Shown here: piece after piece, positions 30,414 to 39,871 of the stretch
Layout of the letters: every line of letters begins with the position of its first letter
How positions within the stretch are numbered: the stretch's first letter is position 1
Virus record (IMG/VR): IMGVR_UViG_3300018432_000005
Location: 1-64,000 of that record
Strand: one strand, 5' to 3'
DNA from: a virus
DNA length: 64,000 bases
Made by a program: the position numbers and the translations under genes
The notes under the pieces: generated by a model
Databases searched by the model: none
Told to the model about the DNA's origin: nothing
What the model saw: the letters and a program-made list of their open reading frames with translations, nothing else

Positions 30414-30706
30414 TGATCACCTACGTACAGCGAGCCGAGCTCGTGCAGCACTTCGCGAGCCGGATCATCCCGCTCGCGTGGGTGTGCTTCGCGGCCAACG
30501 TGGGCGGCACGCTCTGGAACCTGTACGAGCGCGAGTGGTTTGCTGCCGTGTCGACGGCCGCCGTCTCGGGGATCGTCTACTACGCAACGCGCCTACTGCA
30601 GATGCTCGCGATCGCGGCCGCCATCGTGAAGCCGCTCGAGCAGCACCTCGAACCGTTCATGCACGAGGGCGGTCAGCCGAGTGGGGATCGACCGCCGAAG
30701 AAGTAG
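30410..30706 (+). CDS. Small membrane protein
   Basis: Two hydrophobic segments. Confidence 0.55.
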   Translation: MMITYVQRAELVQHFASRIIPLAWVCFAANVGGTLWNLYEREWFAAVSTAAVSGIVYYATRLLQMLAIAAAIVKPLEQHLEPFMHEGGQPSGDRPPKK

Positions 30707-30725
30707 CAAGGTAGACTCGCAGCCC

Positions 30726-31064
30726 ATGGGCTACGTCAGACATCACGCCATCGTCGTTACTTCGTCGCGCGAGCAAGACATCACGGGCGGCATCGCGAAA
30801 GCGACCGAGCTCGGGCTCGTCGCGTCGGTGCAAAGCCCGCGCACCGTCAACGGCTACCGCTCTTTTTTGGTCTGCCCGGACGGCAGCAAAGAGGGATGGG
30901 CCGAGAGCGATGAAGGCGACGTTGCGCGCGAGGCGTTCATCGCTTGGCTTCGAGCACAGCGCTACGACGATGGAAGCTCGAACATCGAGTGGGTCGAGGT
31001 CTCTTACGGCTCCGACGACAAGAGTGCGCGCATCGAGCGCTCGGAGTGGCGGCCGCGCAACTGA
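30726..31064 (+). CDS. Hypothetical phage protein
   Basis: MGYVRHHAIVVT...NGYRSFLVCPDGSKEGW; TAGACT -10 just upstream. Confidence 0.7.
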   Translation: MGYVRHHAIVVTSSREQDITGGIAKATELGLVASVQSPRTVNGYRSFLVCPDGSKEGWAESDEGDVAREAFIAWLRAQRYDDGSSNIEWVEVSYGSDDKSARIERSEWRPRN

Positions 31065-31097
31065 CCAAGCACCCCGCGCCTCGTGCGCCCCACCAAT

Positions 31098-31391
31098 TCA
31101 GCCCGGCTCGCCGACGCCCCCGCGTCCCGCCGCTTTGCGCTGCTCGAGCTCGTGCTGCTCGATCATCAGGCCGGCGTTGTTGACGACGATGTCTAGCGGC
31201 CCAGCGAGCACGCGCTCGAGCTCATCGTCGAGGCAGGCGAGGGCGACGTGCTCGCGGTCGTCGCGGTCGACCAGCACCACGGCCGCATGGTCGCCCTGTC
31301 GCTGGGCCTCGATGTACAGGTCGCGCGCGCGCACCTGCAGCGGGCACTCGAGAATCACGTACGCGCGGGCGTGTTTGGTGCAGCCGACCAT
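31098..31391 (-). CDS. Hypothetical protein
   Basis: Plausible codon usage; start uncertain. Confidence 0.5.
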   Translation of the reverse strand: MVGCTKHARAYVILECPLQVRARDLYIEAQRQGDHAAVVLVDRDDREHVALACLDDELERVLAGPLDIVVNNAGLMIEQHELEQRKAAGRGGVGEPG

Positions 31392-31439
31392 GGGCGGGGG
31401 ATCCGTTCTAGCGGGGGGCCTGTCCCCGCTCATATATCC

Positions 31440-32150
31440 GCACTTCGGAAAACCCCACGAACAAAGATCGGGCCAAGGGCGATTTGCCGTCCAGGCGCCC
31501 GCCTACGCCTCCCGTCGACGCGGATACCCCAGCCTGCGACCCCTCTCGAGAAAGACGCCTGCGCGGACGTCAGCAGCGCGGCGAGGGCTTGTTGACGGGT
31601 CCGCATCACCCACCCCATCCCAAGCCCGTACGGTGCGCTGACGATGGCGCGAAGAAGCACGCGAGAGCGTGACCGTGGTGCGCGCGGGGAGGGCGTCACG
31701 AGTCGCCCATCGGGCGCGAGAATGGTCGTCCGGTAACCCCCTGCTCGAGCAGCAAGGCGAGCCGGCGTTCTCCCCATGTGGGAAGCGGCCGCGCCTCCCC
31801 TGCACCCCTACGCTGCGAGCGCTCCGCGACCGGGCCCTGACGCGGCGACCGCATCAGATCAACGGAAAGGCATCGCAGCGGGCAAACCCGCTACGAAGCG
31901 TAGTAGGACGGCCCGCTAGGATCGTCTTGCCCGTTGATCACAGCCGATCCCCGCGCTGTCCCCATCCTGCAGCGCGGCTTGCTCGGTATTTCGTCAGCGT
32001 TCGGTCGGCTCCGAGCGGCACTCGGGGCTTTCGAGCGAGCCCACGACGCCGCTACCACTGAACGGAAGAACCGCAGAGCGACGCTCGGGGCCTTCTTTTC
32101 AGGGTGTTTCGGACTGCAGACGGATCTCGCCCTTGGCGGATCAGGAGCGT
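31440..32150. other. Structured non-coding region (candidate origin or ncRNA)
   Basis: No convincing ORF; nested inverted repeats (gatcaacgg/ccgttgatc, agcgggcaaacccgct, ccgcgctg/cagcgcgg). Confidence 0.45.
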
Positions 32151-32152
32151 CG

Positions 32153-33040
32153 TCAGCCGGCGCGCAGCTCGCGGTGCAGATCGGCGAGCTCGCCCAGGTC
32201 GTCGGGCAGCCCGTCGACGGCGATGCGCTCGCGTGCGGTCAGCGGCTCGTCATCGATGTCGGTCGACGTCGACGGCGCAAAGCAGCGCAGCATCTCGCGC
32301 GAGGGCGGCAGCAGCAGCCGCGCCTGCGCGTAGGCGTACTTCGAGCCTTCCGCGCGCGGCCGCACGGCGCCATCGGCGTCGAACTTCGGCTGCCACACGT
32401 GCACGAGCCCATGCATATCGGACTTGCCGCGCGGGGTCTGACGGTCTGCGCCGCGCAGGATGCGCTTGTAGGCGTCGAGCGTGCGCGGCGCGAGGTCTTC
32501 GCGCGCGGACAAGCCCTGGGCGCGCGCCTTGGGCACGTGATGCAGTCGCACCTTGCCCTCGCACTCGAAGACCTCGCCCGATTCGGGGTCGATGACCTCT
32601 TTGATCTCGGGCCGCAGCTCGTGCTTGTGCCCGACGAATCCGCCCGCATCGACGACGCGATATTGCGAGCCATGTAGTGTCACCGCGGACCACCAACGGA
32701 AGAAGAAGTGCACGACGCGGCGTCTTTTGCCGATGGTCGGGATCTGCTCGAGCAGCCGCTGCATGGCGCGCTGCCAGATGCGGCCGCCATCGTCGTCACC
32801 GAATGCCGCGCGCAGCACGTCGGGCAGGCTACGGCCCTCGTGCAGCATCGCGAGCACGTGCCCGAAGCCGACGGCCTTGGGCTTCTTCTTCGGCTTGGGG
32901 CGCTGGCGCCTGGGCTGCCACCTACTACCGCGGTCGAACGAGCGGTCGCCCACGCGGTTGCGGGGTGTCCTCTTTCGAGTCGTGCGGGAGGGTGCGCACC
33001 TGGCTTGCGCACCGGCCGCGGCGCTGTTAGCGTCGGCCAT
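32153..33040 (-). CDS. Orphan basic protein with HTH-like segment; candidate plasmid Rep (start uncertain)
   Basis: GLSAREDLAPRTLDAYKRILR HTH-like segment; isolated gene flanked by non-coding DNA on both sides. Confidence 0.45.
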   Translation of the reverse strand: MADANSAAAGAQARCAPSRTTRKRTPRNRVGDRSFDRGSRWQPRRQRPKPKKKPKAVGFGHVLAMLHEGRSLPDVLRAAFGDDDGGRIWQRAMQRLLEQIPTIGKRRRVVHFFFRWWSAVTLHGSQYRVVDAGGFVGHKHELRPEIKEVIDPESGEVFECEGKVRLHHVPKARAQGLSAREDLAPRTLDAYKRILRGADRQTPRGKSDMHGLVHVWQPKFDADGAVRPRAEGSKYAYAQARLLLPPSREMLRCFAPSTSTDIDDEPLTARERIAVDGLPDDLGELADLHRELRAG

Positions 33041-33095
33041 AACTAGTAGGGAGCACCGGGGAGCCTGTCAGGGCGTCGATCCGGTGCTTTTTCGT
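33040..33095 (+). ncRNA. Candidate counter-transcribed antisense RNA (~55 nt)
   Basis: TTGCGC-17-TAGCGT promoter (33005-33033), then agcaccgg...ccggtgct hairpin and T-run. Confidence 0.5.
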
Positions 33096-33290
33096 TTCCG
33101 TCTTGCTGGGGTTTTTTGTGTCGGGTCTGTGCTTCGTACGCTGACCAACGTTGGCCCGGCAAGCTTTCAGTGCAGATATGAAAGGCTAGCCCGCAACTTT
33201 GCTGTCAATTCCTGTTGCTGTACGTCTTTGGATACGATCTGCCACGATCGCGCCCTTGCACTCCTTCCTAAACTAGCAATGATTTCGCGC

Positions 33291-33764
33291 ATGAAACCGA
33301 TAGTCGAAAGGCGTCGCCCCGCATCCTCCATTCAGGTCAGGGCGCCGATGGCGCAGCGGACAAGCGGATCGGGATCGTCACTTGGTCCGCAGCGACCCGC
33401 CGCGGAGGCCCAGCCGCCGAAGAAGAAGCAGCCCGCGCCGCCGCCCATCGCGGCCGAGGTGTTGGCGCGCGAGAAGCGCATCGCCCTGCAGCGCAACGCA
33501 CGGCGTGAAGAGATTGCCGAGGTCGTCCGCGCCATCGTCATCCACCTGGGTAACGAGGCGCTGATCGAGCTGGCCGAGGCCGAGCTCGCCGCGCGCAACC
33601 TCGCCGGGCCGCCGAAGACGAAGCGCGAGGGGGCGCCCAGGCGATACACGACCTACCTGCCGGAAGCACTCGGCGCTCGCCTGAACGCCCATGCGAAGAC
33701 CGAAGCCGTCAGTCCGCAATCGATTGTAGTGCGCGCTCTGGAGTTGTATTTGACGGACCGATGA
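33291..33764 (+). CDS. Protein with C-terminal ribbon-helix-helix domain
   Basis: RRYTTYLPEALGARLNAHAKTEAVSPQSIVVRALELYL; start uncertain. Confidence 0.7.
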   Translation: MKPIVERRRPASSIQVRAPMAQRTSGSGSSLGPQRPAAEAQPPKKKQPAPPPIAAEVLAREKRIALQRNARREEIAEVVRAIVIHLGNEALIELAEAELAARNLAGPPKTKREGAPRRYTTYLPEALGARLNAHAKTEAVSPQSIVVRALELYLTDR

Positions 33765-34009
33765 CGACGATCGACCCCCTCACGCAGCGGCCGTGCCTTG
33801 CGTTCCTCCCGGGTGGCGTCCAGTGCCGCGCCGTCGCGACCTCGGTCTGTAAGAACGTCGACGGCCTCGCATGGTGGGCCTGCGACGAACACGCGAAGCT
33901 AGGCCCCATCGACGACGGCAGCGGCAACGTCGTCGCGACGGTGACGCCGATCGACGATTGGTTTCTCTCGGCGGGCCTCTTGCCGCCGTCTGAGCGCAAG
34001 CCTTCGTGA
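33761..34009 (+). CDS. Hypothetical Cys-rich protein
   Basis: ATGA-coupled operon. Confidence 0.55.
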   Translation: MTTIDPLTQRPCLAFLPGGVQCRAVATSVCKNVDGLAWWACDEHAKLGPIDDGSGNVVATVTPIDDWFLSAGLLPPSERKPS

Positions 34010-34266
34010 CGGGCAAGAGGGACCGCGCGCACGTGGTGTTCGAACCCAAGCGCATCGGGACGAAGTGGTTCGTCGAGGTGCTGACCTACGTCAATGACGA
34101 GCTGACCGAGCGCTACACCTCGAAAGGCACTTTCGCGTCGTACGCGCTCGCCGACGCGGCCGGTGCGCAGATGGCGAGATCGATCTCGGACGAGCTACGC
34201 GCAATCCCGAACGTGCGCGACGTCGAGCTCTTCGAGACGTTCCCACAACCCAAAGGCAACGCATGA
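34006..34266 (+). CDS. Hypothetical protein
   Basis: GTGA-coupled operon. Confidence 0.55.
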   Translation: MTGKRDRAHVVFEPKRIGTKWFVEVLTYVNDELTERYTSKGTFASYALADAAGAQMARSISDELRAIPNVRDVELFETFPQPKGNA

Positions 34267-34481
34267 AGCACGCGACCGCGTCAGGTGAGATCGAAAACGG
34301 CCAGCTCGTCGGTAACCACGGCGGCGACGTCGTCGTCGTCCTGCCTCGCGTCCGCATGTCCCGGCGCGAGGCCCTTGTCCACGCAGCGTGGCTCGTTGCC
34401 GTGGCGGAGTCGTGCGACGACACCGACGAGGATGCCGGCGCCGAGTTTCTCGCGATTCTCGATCGGGTGCGCAATACCTAG
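34263..34481 (+). CDS. Hypothetical protein
   Basis: ATGA-coupled operon. Confidence 0.55.
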   Translation: MKHATASGEIENGQLVGNHGGDVVVVLPRVRMSRREALVHAAWLVAVAESCDDTDEDAGAEFLAILDRVRNT

Positions 34482-34528
34482 GTGGGCAACAGACAGACGA
34501 CAGCAGACCCAACTAGGAGCGCTCCCCT

Positions 34529-34822
34529 ATGTCGACAAGCGATTTCACGTTACCACTTGGCGCGAAGGTCAAAGACAAGGTCACCGGCTTCGTCGGCATC
34601 GTGCATTCGCGCAGTGAATGGCTGTATGGATGCCGCCGCTACGGTGTGGCGCCCATCGAGCTCAAAGACGGTCGACCGCAGGAGCATTGCGGCTTCGACG
34701 AAGATGCGCTCGAGCTCGTCGAGTCGCCGGCCGAGGAACACGTCGTTAAGAACACGGGCGGTACGGCTCCCGTCGCCAAGCGCGCGCCCGACGTCACCCG
34801 CGCGGCCGCCCCTCGCCGCTAG
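34529..34822 (+). CDS. Hypothetical phage protein (SH3-like)
   Basis: LGAKVKDKVTGFVGIV..R.EWLYGC pattern; AGGAG RBS. Confidence 0.7.
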   Translation: MSTSDFTLPLGAKVKDKVTGFVGIVHSRSEWLYGCRRYGVAPIELKDGRPQEHCGFDEDALELVESPAEEHVVKNTGGTAPVAKRAPDVTRAAAPRR

Positions 34823-34972
34823 GCCCTCGGCCGCGCTCGCGCCGCACCGACCACGCACAAAGCCCCAGCACGCCGACCACTTGCGGCACCCACCTCGGCA
34901 CGAGGCCGACCGCCCAGGCGAGCAAGCTCGCCCAAGCGACCCAACTGCCAATGCGGATCACGCGTTCGAGCG

Positions 34973-35251
34973 TCACAGCTGCAGGCCAGCGCCTGCGCGC
35001 GCTTCGGCGGTCAGGCGCTCGACCCGTGCGCGCATCGACTGCAGCGTCTCTTTGACCTGCCGCCGCACGCGGTCGGGGTCGGCGCGCGTGTGCGCGTTCG
35101 AGAATCGAAAGCGCATCGTCGACGTGTGGATCGTGATGATCTCTCCGCGCTTGCCGAAGGTGTCGCAGTCGAGCGTGACGCCGGGCCAGACGCCGGCCGC
35201 AAGCTCGCGCAGTTCGCTGATTGGGATCGTCGGCTTCGTCTGTCTGGGCAT
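34973..35251 (-). CDS. Hypothetical protein
   Basis: AAGGA RBS before MPRQTKPT. Confidence 0.5.
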   Translation of the reverse strand: MPRQTKPTIPISELRELAAGVWPGVTLDCDTFGKRGEIITIHTSTMRFRFSNAHTRADPDRVRRQVKETLQSMRARVERLTAEARAGAGLQL

Positions 35252-35389
35252 GCCCCACGCGTCCTTTGTACTAGTCAGGATCATTGACTACTACTTGGGT
35301 ACAACATAAACCGGGCCGGGATTGGGATACGAAGGCGCCTTGCCCCCAAGGCGTCCGCCCGCTCGGCATTGGTGTCGAGCGGGCGCATT

Positions 35390-35752
35390 CTATCGGCCCG
35401 GCCGGTCTGCCGGGGTATACGCGCGGGCGAGCTCGAGCGCTTTTGCAAACGCACCGGGCCCTGCATCGCGGTCGTACAGGTCTTCGCTGTGTTCGTCGAG
35501 CTCGAGCGAGTCGAGCTTCGCGCGCACCTTGATCGGCCGGCCGTTGCAGTAGTCGACCGAGAAGCCGCCCGCTTGCTCGAGCCACACGAGCGCATCCGAG
35601 TAGCCCATCGGTCGCCCCAAGTCGTGAAGCATCCCGAGCCCCACGGAGCGCGTACCGTTGTGCAGCGCAGCGAGCAGCGCAGGCGCGTCGATCCTTTCGC
35701 CCTTGTAGATGACGAATCGGACCGTCTCTGGATCGAGTCTGTTGCTGTTCAC
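35390..35752 (-). CDS. Hypothetical phage protein
   Basis: LLAALHN...DYCNGRPIKV...LYDRDAGPG pattern. Confidence 0.65.
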   Translation of the reverse strand: MNSNRLDPETVRFVIYKGERIDAPALLAALHNGTRSVGLGMLHDLGRPMGYSDALVWLEQAGGFSVDYCNGRPIKVRAKLDSLELDEHSEDLYDRDAGPGAFAKALELARAYTPADRPGR

Positions 35753-36435
35753 TTGAGATCCTTTCCGGCTTTGTCCTTTGCCCTCTGCTCCCACGCGTCG
35801 AGCAGCGTGTCGGCAAACGTACCCATTCGCAGATGTCCGCCGCGCACCTTCGCGACTTCGTTCAGCAGCGCGTGATGGCCCATCGTGCGCGTACCACCGA
35901 CGTCCATCACGAGCGCCCCGCCGTGCTTGACGGCGCACTGCTCGGACGGCGAGACGACGAAGTACGTGCGGCAGGGATTGGGCCGCACGTCGTAGATGGT
36001 GCACTCGTTGGTGATGGGGTCGAGCAGCCCGCACGGCTCGTGCAGGTCGGTGTACGCGGCCGCAACGCGCTTGAGCGCATCCTGATCGCCGCGCATGGTC
36101 ACGGCGTCGCGGTCGGCCCGCGTCGTGACCATCTGCAGGCGAGCCTGTTGCCGGCGAAGCTGGGGCAGCGCGCGCTCGACTTCCTTCGGGTAGAGGTCGA
36201 CGACCGCCTGCGCCTCCGCAGCTTCCACGTAGACGATGAAGTAACAGCAGTGCGCGCAGCCCTTCGTGCACGAGGGCTTGTGCGACGCGTCGGCCGCGTT
36301 CAGCAGCCGTCCCTGATGCTCGTCGACGAGCTCGTAATGCGTCAGCACCACCTGCCGAAGCCGCTTGTTCGCGCGCGCCCGTGCTTCGGTCTCTTCGGCC
36401 TGCGAACGCAGCACGCGATGGCTGACCCGCTTCAT
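35749..36435 (-). CDS. YkgJ-family Zn/Fe cysteine-cluster protein
   Basis: CTKGCAHCC, PCGLL, CTIYDVRPNPCR motifs. Confidence 0.85.
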   Translation of the reverse strand: MKRVSHRVLRSQAEETEARARANKRLRQVVLTHYELVDEHQGRLLNAADASHKPSCTKGCAHCCYFIVYVEAAEAQAVVDLYPKEVERALPQLRRQQARLQMVTTRADRDAVTMRGDQDALKRVAAAYTDLHEPCGLLDPITNECTIYDVRPNPCRTYFVVSPSEQCAVKHGGALVMDVGGTRTMGHHALLNEVAKVRGGHLRMGTFADTLLDAWEQRAKDKAGKDLK

Positions 36436-37019
36436 GGCTGCGGCAGCTTCCACGCGTCCGAGTCGCAGAAGTAGTCGACGAGCACGTTCGCAGGGCGGCG
36501 CTTGCTCTCGCCCTTGCGCACCGCCTCGCACGCTTTGTTGTACACGAGGTGCATGTATTCGACGTTTGGCATCGTGCGCGCCTGCGACGCGCGTCCAAAC
36601 AGAGTCGGGAAGGCGGGGAGCTCGCGCACCTCGATCTCGCGGCGCTGCGCGAAGGCGCGCGCGATCCCATAGAACATGCCGCGCGAGATGCCCAGGTCGA
36701 CGAAGACGACAGAGCGCGTCGCGAACGTACCCCAGACGAGCCCGCCCTCGATGCCTAGCGCCCGCTCGAGCAGATGGTCGTCGTCGAGCACGCCCTCTTG
36801 CGTGTAGAGCATGTGCGAGGCGTACGCGGCTTCGCTGTAGACGAGGAAGCAGTGACGCATGCAGGCGCGCGCGTATCGCAGGTTCAGGGCGACGTCGCCT
36901 GCGTAGGGCGACTCGAGTAGCACCGGCCGCAGTCGGAATGATTCGAGCGGAGGGGTCGGCGAGTCTTCGGCCGAGAGCAGCGCGCGCGAGAGGCGCAGGT
37001 CGGCGGGCGGCTTGATCAT
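36432..37019 (-). CDS. Nucleoside-deoxyribosyltransferase-fold hypothetical protein
   Basis: VLLESPYAGDV..NLRYARAC...ASHMLYTQ..LDD...ER.LGI...DLGISRGM pattern. Confidence 0.65.
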   Translation of the reverse strand: MIKPPADLRLSRALLSAEDSPTPPLESFRLRPVLLESPYAGDVALNLRYARACMRHCFLVYSEAAYASHMLYTQEGVLDDDHLLERALGIEGGLVWGTFATRSVVFVDLGISRGMFYGIARAFAQRREIEVRELPAFPTLFGRASQARTMPNVEYMHLVYNKACEAVRKGESKRRPANVLVDYFCDSDAWKLPQP

Positions 37020-37023
37020 CAGG

Positions 37024-37335
37024 TCAGCCTTCCTTTGCGAGCGTTTCAAGGAACGCGGCCGCCGTGACGAGCTCGCGGACGAGGTCGCCGGCCGCCGCGG
37101 TTCCCTCGACCGTCTCGATCACGTCGCGCAGCGCGCGCGCCGCCTCCATGAGCGTCGGGCCGGCTGGGACGCCTAGCCGCAGGCGCGACCCCTCGATGAA
37201 GCCGAGCAGGTACATGACGTGCGTCGATGCCGTCTTGAGCTTCTCGCGCAGCGCGGCCGCGTCGTCGCCCTCGGCCGGATGCAGATCGTCGCGGTTGTAC
37301 CACTGCGCGCGGATGCTCTGAAAAGGGGTCGTCAT
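37024..37335 (-). CDS. Hypothetical protein
   Basis: Coupled minus-strand operon. Confidence 0.5.
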   Translation of the reverse strand: MTTPFQSIRAQWYNRDDLHPAEGDDAAALREKLKTASTHVMYLLGFIEGSRLRLGVPAGPTLMEAARALRDVIETVEGTAAAGDLVRELVTAAAFLETLAKEG

Positions 37336-37637
37336 GCGGGGGTCACTCCACCGATCGTAAGTTTGAAACTGTCCTTGCCGGGTCGCGGCGGCCAGATCTT
37401 GATATCCCACTGCCGCGTGCGCGGGAAGGTCACGTGCAACACGACGGCGGCGAGCATGCCCATCAGTGCCCACGCGTTGTACTCGGACAACTCGATGACC
37501 TGCGTTTCCTTGCCACTGTCGTCTGTCGTGATGATGGCAAGGCGGTTGCCGGCCACGACGCGACAACCGATGTACTGGTCGTCTTCGGGATCGCGCGCGG
37601 GCTGCCGCTTGCCCCGCTTGAACTCGCCGAGTGTCAT
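37332..37637 (-). CDS. Hypothetical protein
   Basis: Coupled minus-strand operon. Confidence 0.55.
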   Translation of the reverse strand: MTLGEFKRGKRQPARDPEDDQYIGCRVVAGNRLAIITTDDSGKETQVIELSEYNAWALMGMLAAVVLHVTFPRTRQWDIKIWPPRPGKDSFKLTIGGVTPA

Positions 37638-38164
37638 GGTCGTCGCTCCAACAGTCGTCCTTTGAAGGGCGTGATGACGTCGGCGACCGTGTGCTCTGTC
37701 TGCTTGCGCGGGTCGTAGTTGATCCGGTCACCCTCGTCGTCGTCCATGTAACTCCAGAACCATTCCTCGCAGACCGAGGTCTGATTCCAGGCGAGGAACT
37801 CGCCGCCCTGGGCGTAGGCTTCGCGGATGGCGACCGCCTGCTCGAGCAGCGTGCACACGCGGTCGCCGGGCGGGTGCGCCTCGACGAACTGCTCGAAGCT
37901 ATCGGCGATCGCGAGCATATCGCCGCGCTGCACCACGTATCGATCGTAGGTCGTCACGAGCGCATTGTGCTCGAACGGCTCGAGCGGCTTGCCCTCTGAA
38001 TGGTACTTCCAGACGTTGGGCCATCTAGACCTGTGGTCGCCGGTGATGCCATACGCCTGCGCGAGCTTGTCCCAGATGAACGGAGCCGAGCCCCATCCGT
38101 TCTGAAACTCGTACCCCTTCTCAAAGCCGCCCGCGAACGCGACGGCGAGGGTCGTGCGACTCAT
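37634..38164 (-). CDS. Hypothetical protein
   Basis: Coupled operon; FQNGWGSAPFIWD segment. Confidence 0.6.
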   Translation of the reverse strand: MSRTTLAVAFAGGFEKGYEFQNGWGSAPFIWDKLAQAYGITGDHRSRWPNVWKYHSEGKPLEPFEHNALVTTYDRYVVQRGDMLAIADSFEQFVEAHPPGDRVCTLLEQAVAIREAYAQGGEFLAWNQTSVCEEWFWSYMDDDEGDRINYDPRKQTEHTVADVITPFKGRLLERRP

Positions 38165-38478
38165 GGGTACGCCTTTCGTCGACGGTACTGTTTGACAAGC
38201 TGCACGGGCGCGGGGTCCTTCACATACCGATCGCGCGTAGCGGCGATGACGTCGCGGATCTCGTCGGCGAGGTACTTGTCTTGCTCGAGCTCGCAGACGC
38301 GCTCGATGGGCCCCAGCAACTGATCGCGGTAGCCGGCGAGCGCGTGCGCGAGTTCTTCGTCGAGGTTGGCAATGGTGGGGCCGAGGGCCATCAGACGGAT
38401 CCGAATCTTGCGCGCGAGCGTGCGCTCGTGATCGGTTGGCGGCCGCGCGGCGCGACGCTGCTCGAGCGCGGTCGTCAT
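38161..38478 (-). CDS. Hypothetical protein
   Basis: Coupled operon. Confidence 0.55.
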   Translation of the reverse strand: MTTALEQRRAARPPTDHERTLARKIRIRLMALGPTIANLDEELAHALAGYRDQLLGPIERVCELEQDKYLADEIRDVIAATRDRYVKDPAPVQLVKQYRRRKAYP

Positions 38479-38783
38479 CGCTTGGCTGCCTTTCGCTTGG
38501 CAGGCTTCTTCACGGCTGGCGCAGCGCCAGCCAGAGGCGGCGCACCACGCTGGCGGCCCGATAGAATGACGAGGTCGACGACGCGCGGCGTGGTCATCAG
38601 GTCCGTGATGCCCGAGCCGACCTTCGCTTTCCAGCCGCGTTTCTTGAGCTCGTGCGCGAGCAAGACGGCCTCGTCTTCACTCGCGCAGTGCAAGTTTCCC
38701 TTGCCGTTCTTGCTGATGATGGTCGGCTCGAACAGGTCGGCGAGCGTCTTCGCGGTGCGCTTGGGCGTCTTCGTCTTCGTCAT
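38475..38783 (-). CDS. Hypothetical basic protein
   Basis: Coupled operon; Lys/Ala-rich tail. Confidence 0.55.
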   Translation of the reverse strand: MTKTKTPKRTAKTLADLFEPTIISKNGKGNLHCASEDEAVLLAHELKKRGWKAKVGSGITDLMTTPRVVDLVILSGRQRGAPPLAGAAPAVKKPAKRKAAKR

Positions 38784-39277
38784 CGTCCCGACCCCAGCAT
38801 CAGCGGCGGCATGTCGCCTGATTCGTAGCTCGCAGCGATACGCGGCAGCATGGCTTCGCCGACCGTCTCGCCGTTGGGCAAGAGGATGTCGGCGAGGAAC
38901 TCGCGACCGACGTCGCTCTCGCCGCTCGAGATCATCTCGAGTTTGCCTTTGACGATCAGCAAGAGGGCCCGCCAGCGGCGCCGCCATTCCTGGGCGACCA
39001 TGCTCTCGACCTCGGCCGGCGTGCGCTTGCGGGGCGGGCTGTACTTGTTCTGCGGGGGGATCGTCTCGAACGGCTTGGGGTCGGGCGCCTTGACGACCTG
39101 ACGCACCATGCGGCCGGCGAGCTTGAAGATCACCGTCGTCCGGTCGACGTCGACGTGCAGCAGAAACTGCTCTGCGCCGTGTTGCTTGAGCAGCTTCTCT
39201 AACTCCGCGCGCGACTTGTCCGCGTCGACGTCGGTCCCCTCGGCAAACCGACGCACCTTTGCTTTTGCCGTTGCCAT
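38780..39277 (-). CDS. Hypothetical phage protein
   Basis: FAEGTDVDADKSRAELEKLL...RRWRALLLIVKGKLE...EFLADILLPNGETV pattern. Confidence 0.7.
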   Translation of the reverse strand: MATAKAKVRRFAEGTDVDADKSRAELEKLLKQHGAEQFLLHVDVDRTTVIFKLAGRMVRQVVKAPDPKPFETIPPQNKYSPPRKRTPAEVESMVAQEWRRRWRALLLIVKGKLEMISSGESDVGREFLADILLPNGETVGEAMLPRIAASYESGDMPPLMLGSGR

Positions 39278-39576
39278 CACAACACCTCGACAGGTTCTCG
39301 GCCCGTGCCGGCGCAGCGATGGCACCGCACGATCTTCGACTTCGGGTCGCTCGTCGCATGCCACTTGCCTAGGCCGTTGCATTCATCGCAGAGCGTCGCC
39401 TCGTACTTCGCGCGCCACTGCGCCGCCAGCGCGACCGCCTGGTCGAACACTTCGAGCATGTAGCGTCGATCGCGCGCCGCCTGACTCGCGTTGCTCTCAC
39501 GCGGGCCGGGCTTGTAGGCAGCATCGCGCGCGCGGATGGCGGCGACGTCGAGCGACTGCGGTTCCCTCTTACCCAT
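39277..39576 (-). CDS. Hypothetical protein with CxxCxGxG zinc finger
   Basis: CDECNGLG and CHRCAGTG motifs. Confidence 0.6.
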   Translation of the reverse strand: MGKREPQSLDVAAIRARDAAYKPGPRESNASQAARDRRYMLEVFDQAVALAAQWRAKYEATLCDECNGLGKWHATSDPKSKIVRCHRCAGTGREPVEVL

Positions 39577-39871
39577 GGCTGTGCGTCCGTTCCAGGTCGC
39601 GCACCGCGCGTACCGTCCTGCGCGAGGCTCGGAGCTCGGCAGCCGTCTCGGTAATCGTCTTGCCACGCTGCAGCGCCTGCCTGATGGCCTCGCGTCGCTG
39701 CGCGTCGAGCTTGGGCGGCCCGCGCCGGCCGACACCGGCCGCGCGCGCCCAGTAGGACACCGTGCCCTGCGAGACGCCGTGGGCCGCGCCGGCTCGCAGG
39801 GTCGTCTCGCCGGCCTGGACGAGCTCGAGCACGGCCGCCTTGACGTGTGGGGGGTGCGCGGCGGGATTCAT
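39569..39871 (-). CDS. Tandem helix-turn-helix protein
   Basis: TLRAGAAHGVSQGTVSYW and TITETAAELRASRRTVRA motifs. Confidence 0.7.
   Translation of the reverse strand: MNPAAHPPHVKAAVLELVQAGETTLRAGAAHGVSQGTVSYWARAAGVGRRGPPKLDAQRREAIRQALQRGKTITETAAELRASRRTVRAVRDLERTHSHG

Noticed and set aside
32553-33290. N-terminal part of the 403-aa ORF 32553-33764
   Set aside because: It overlaps the minus-strand gene and a regulatory region; the real start is probably near 33291.
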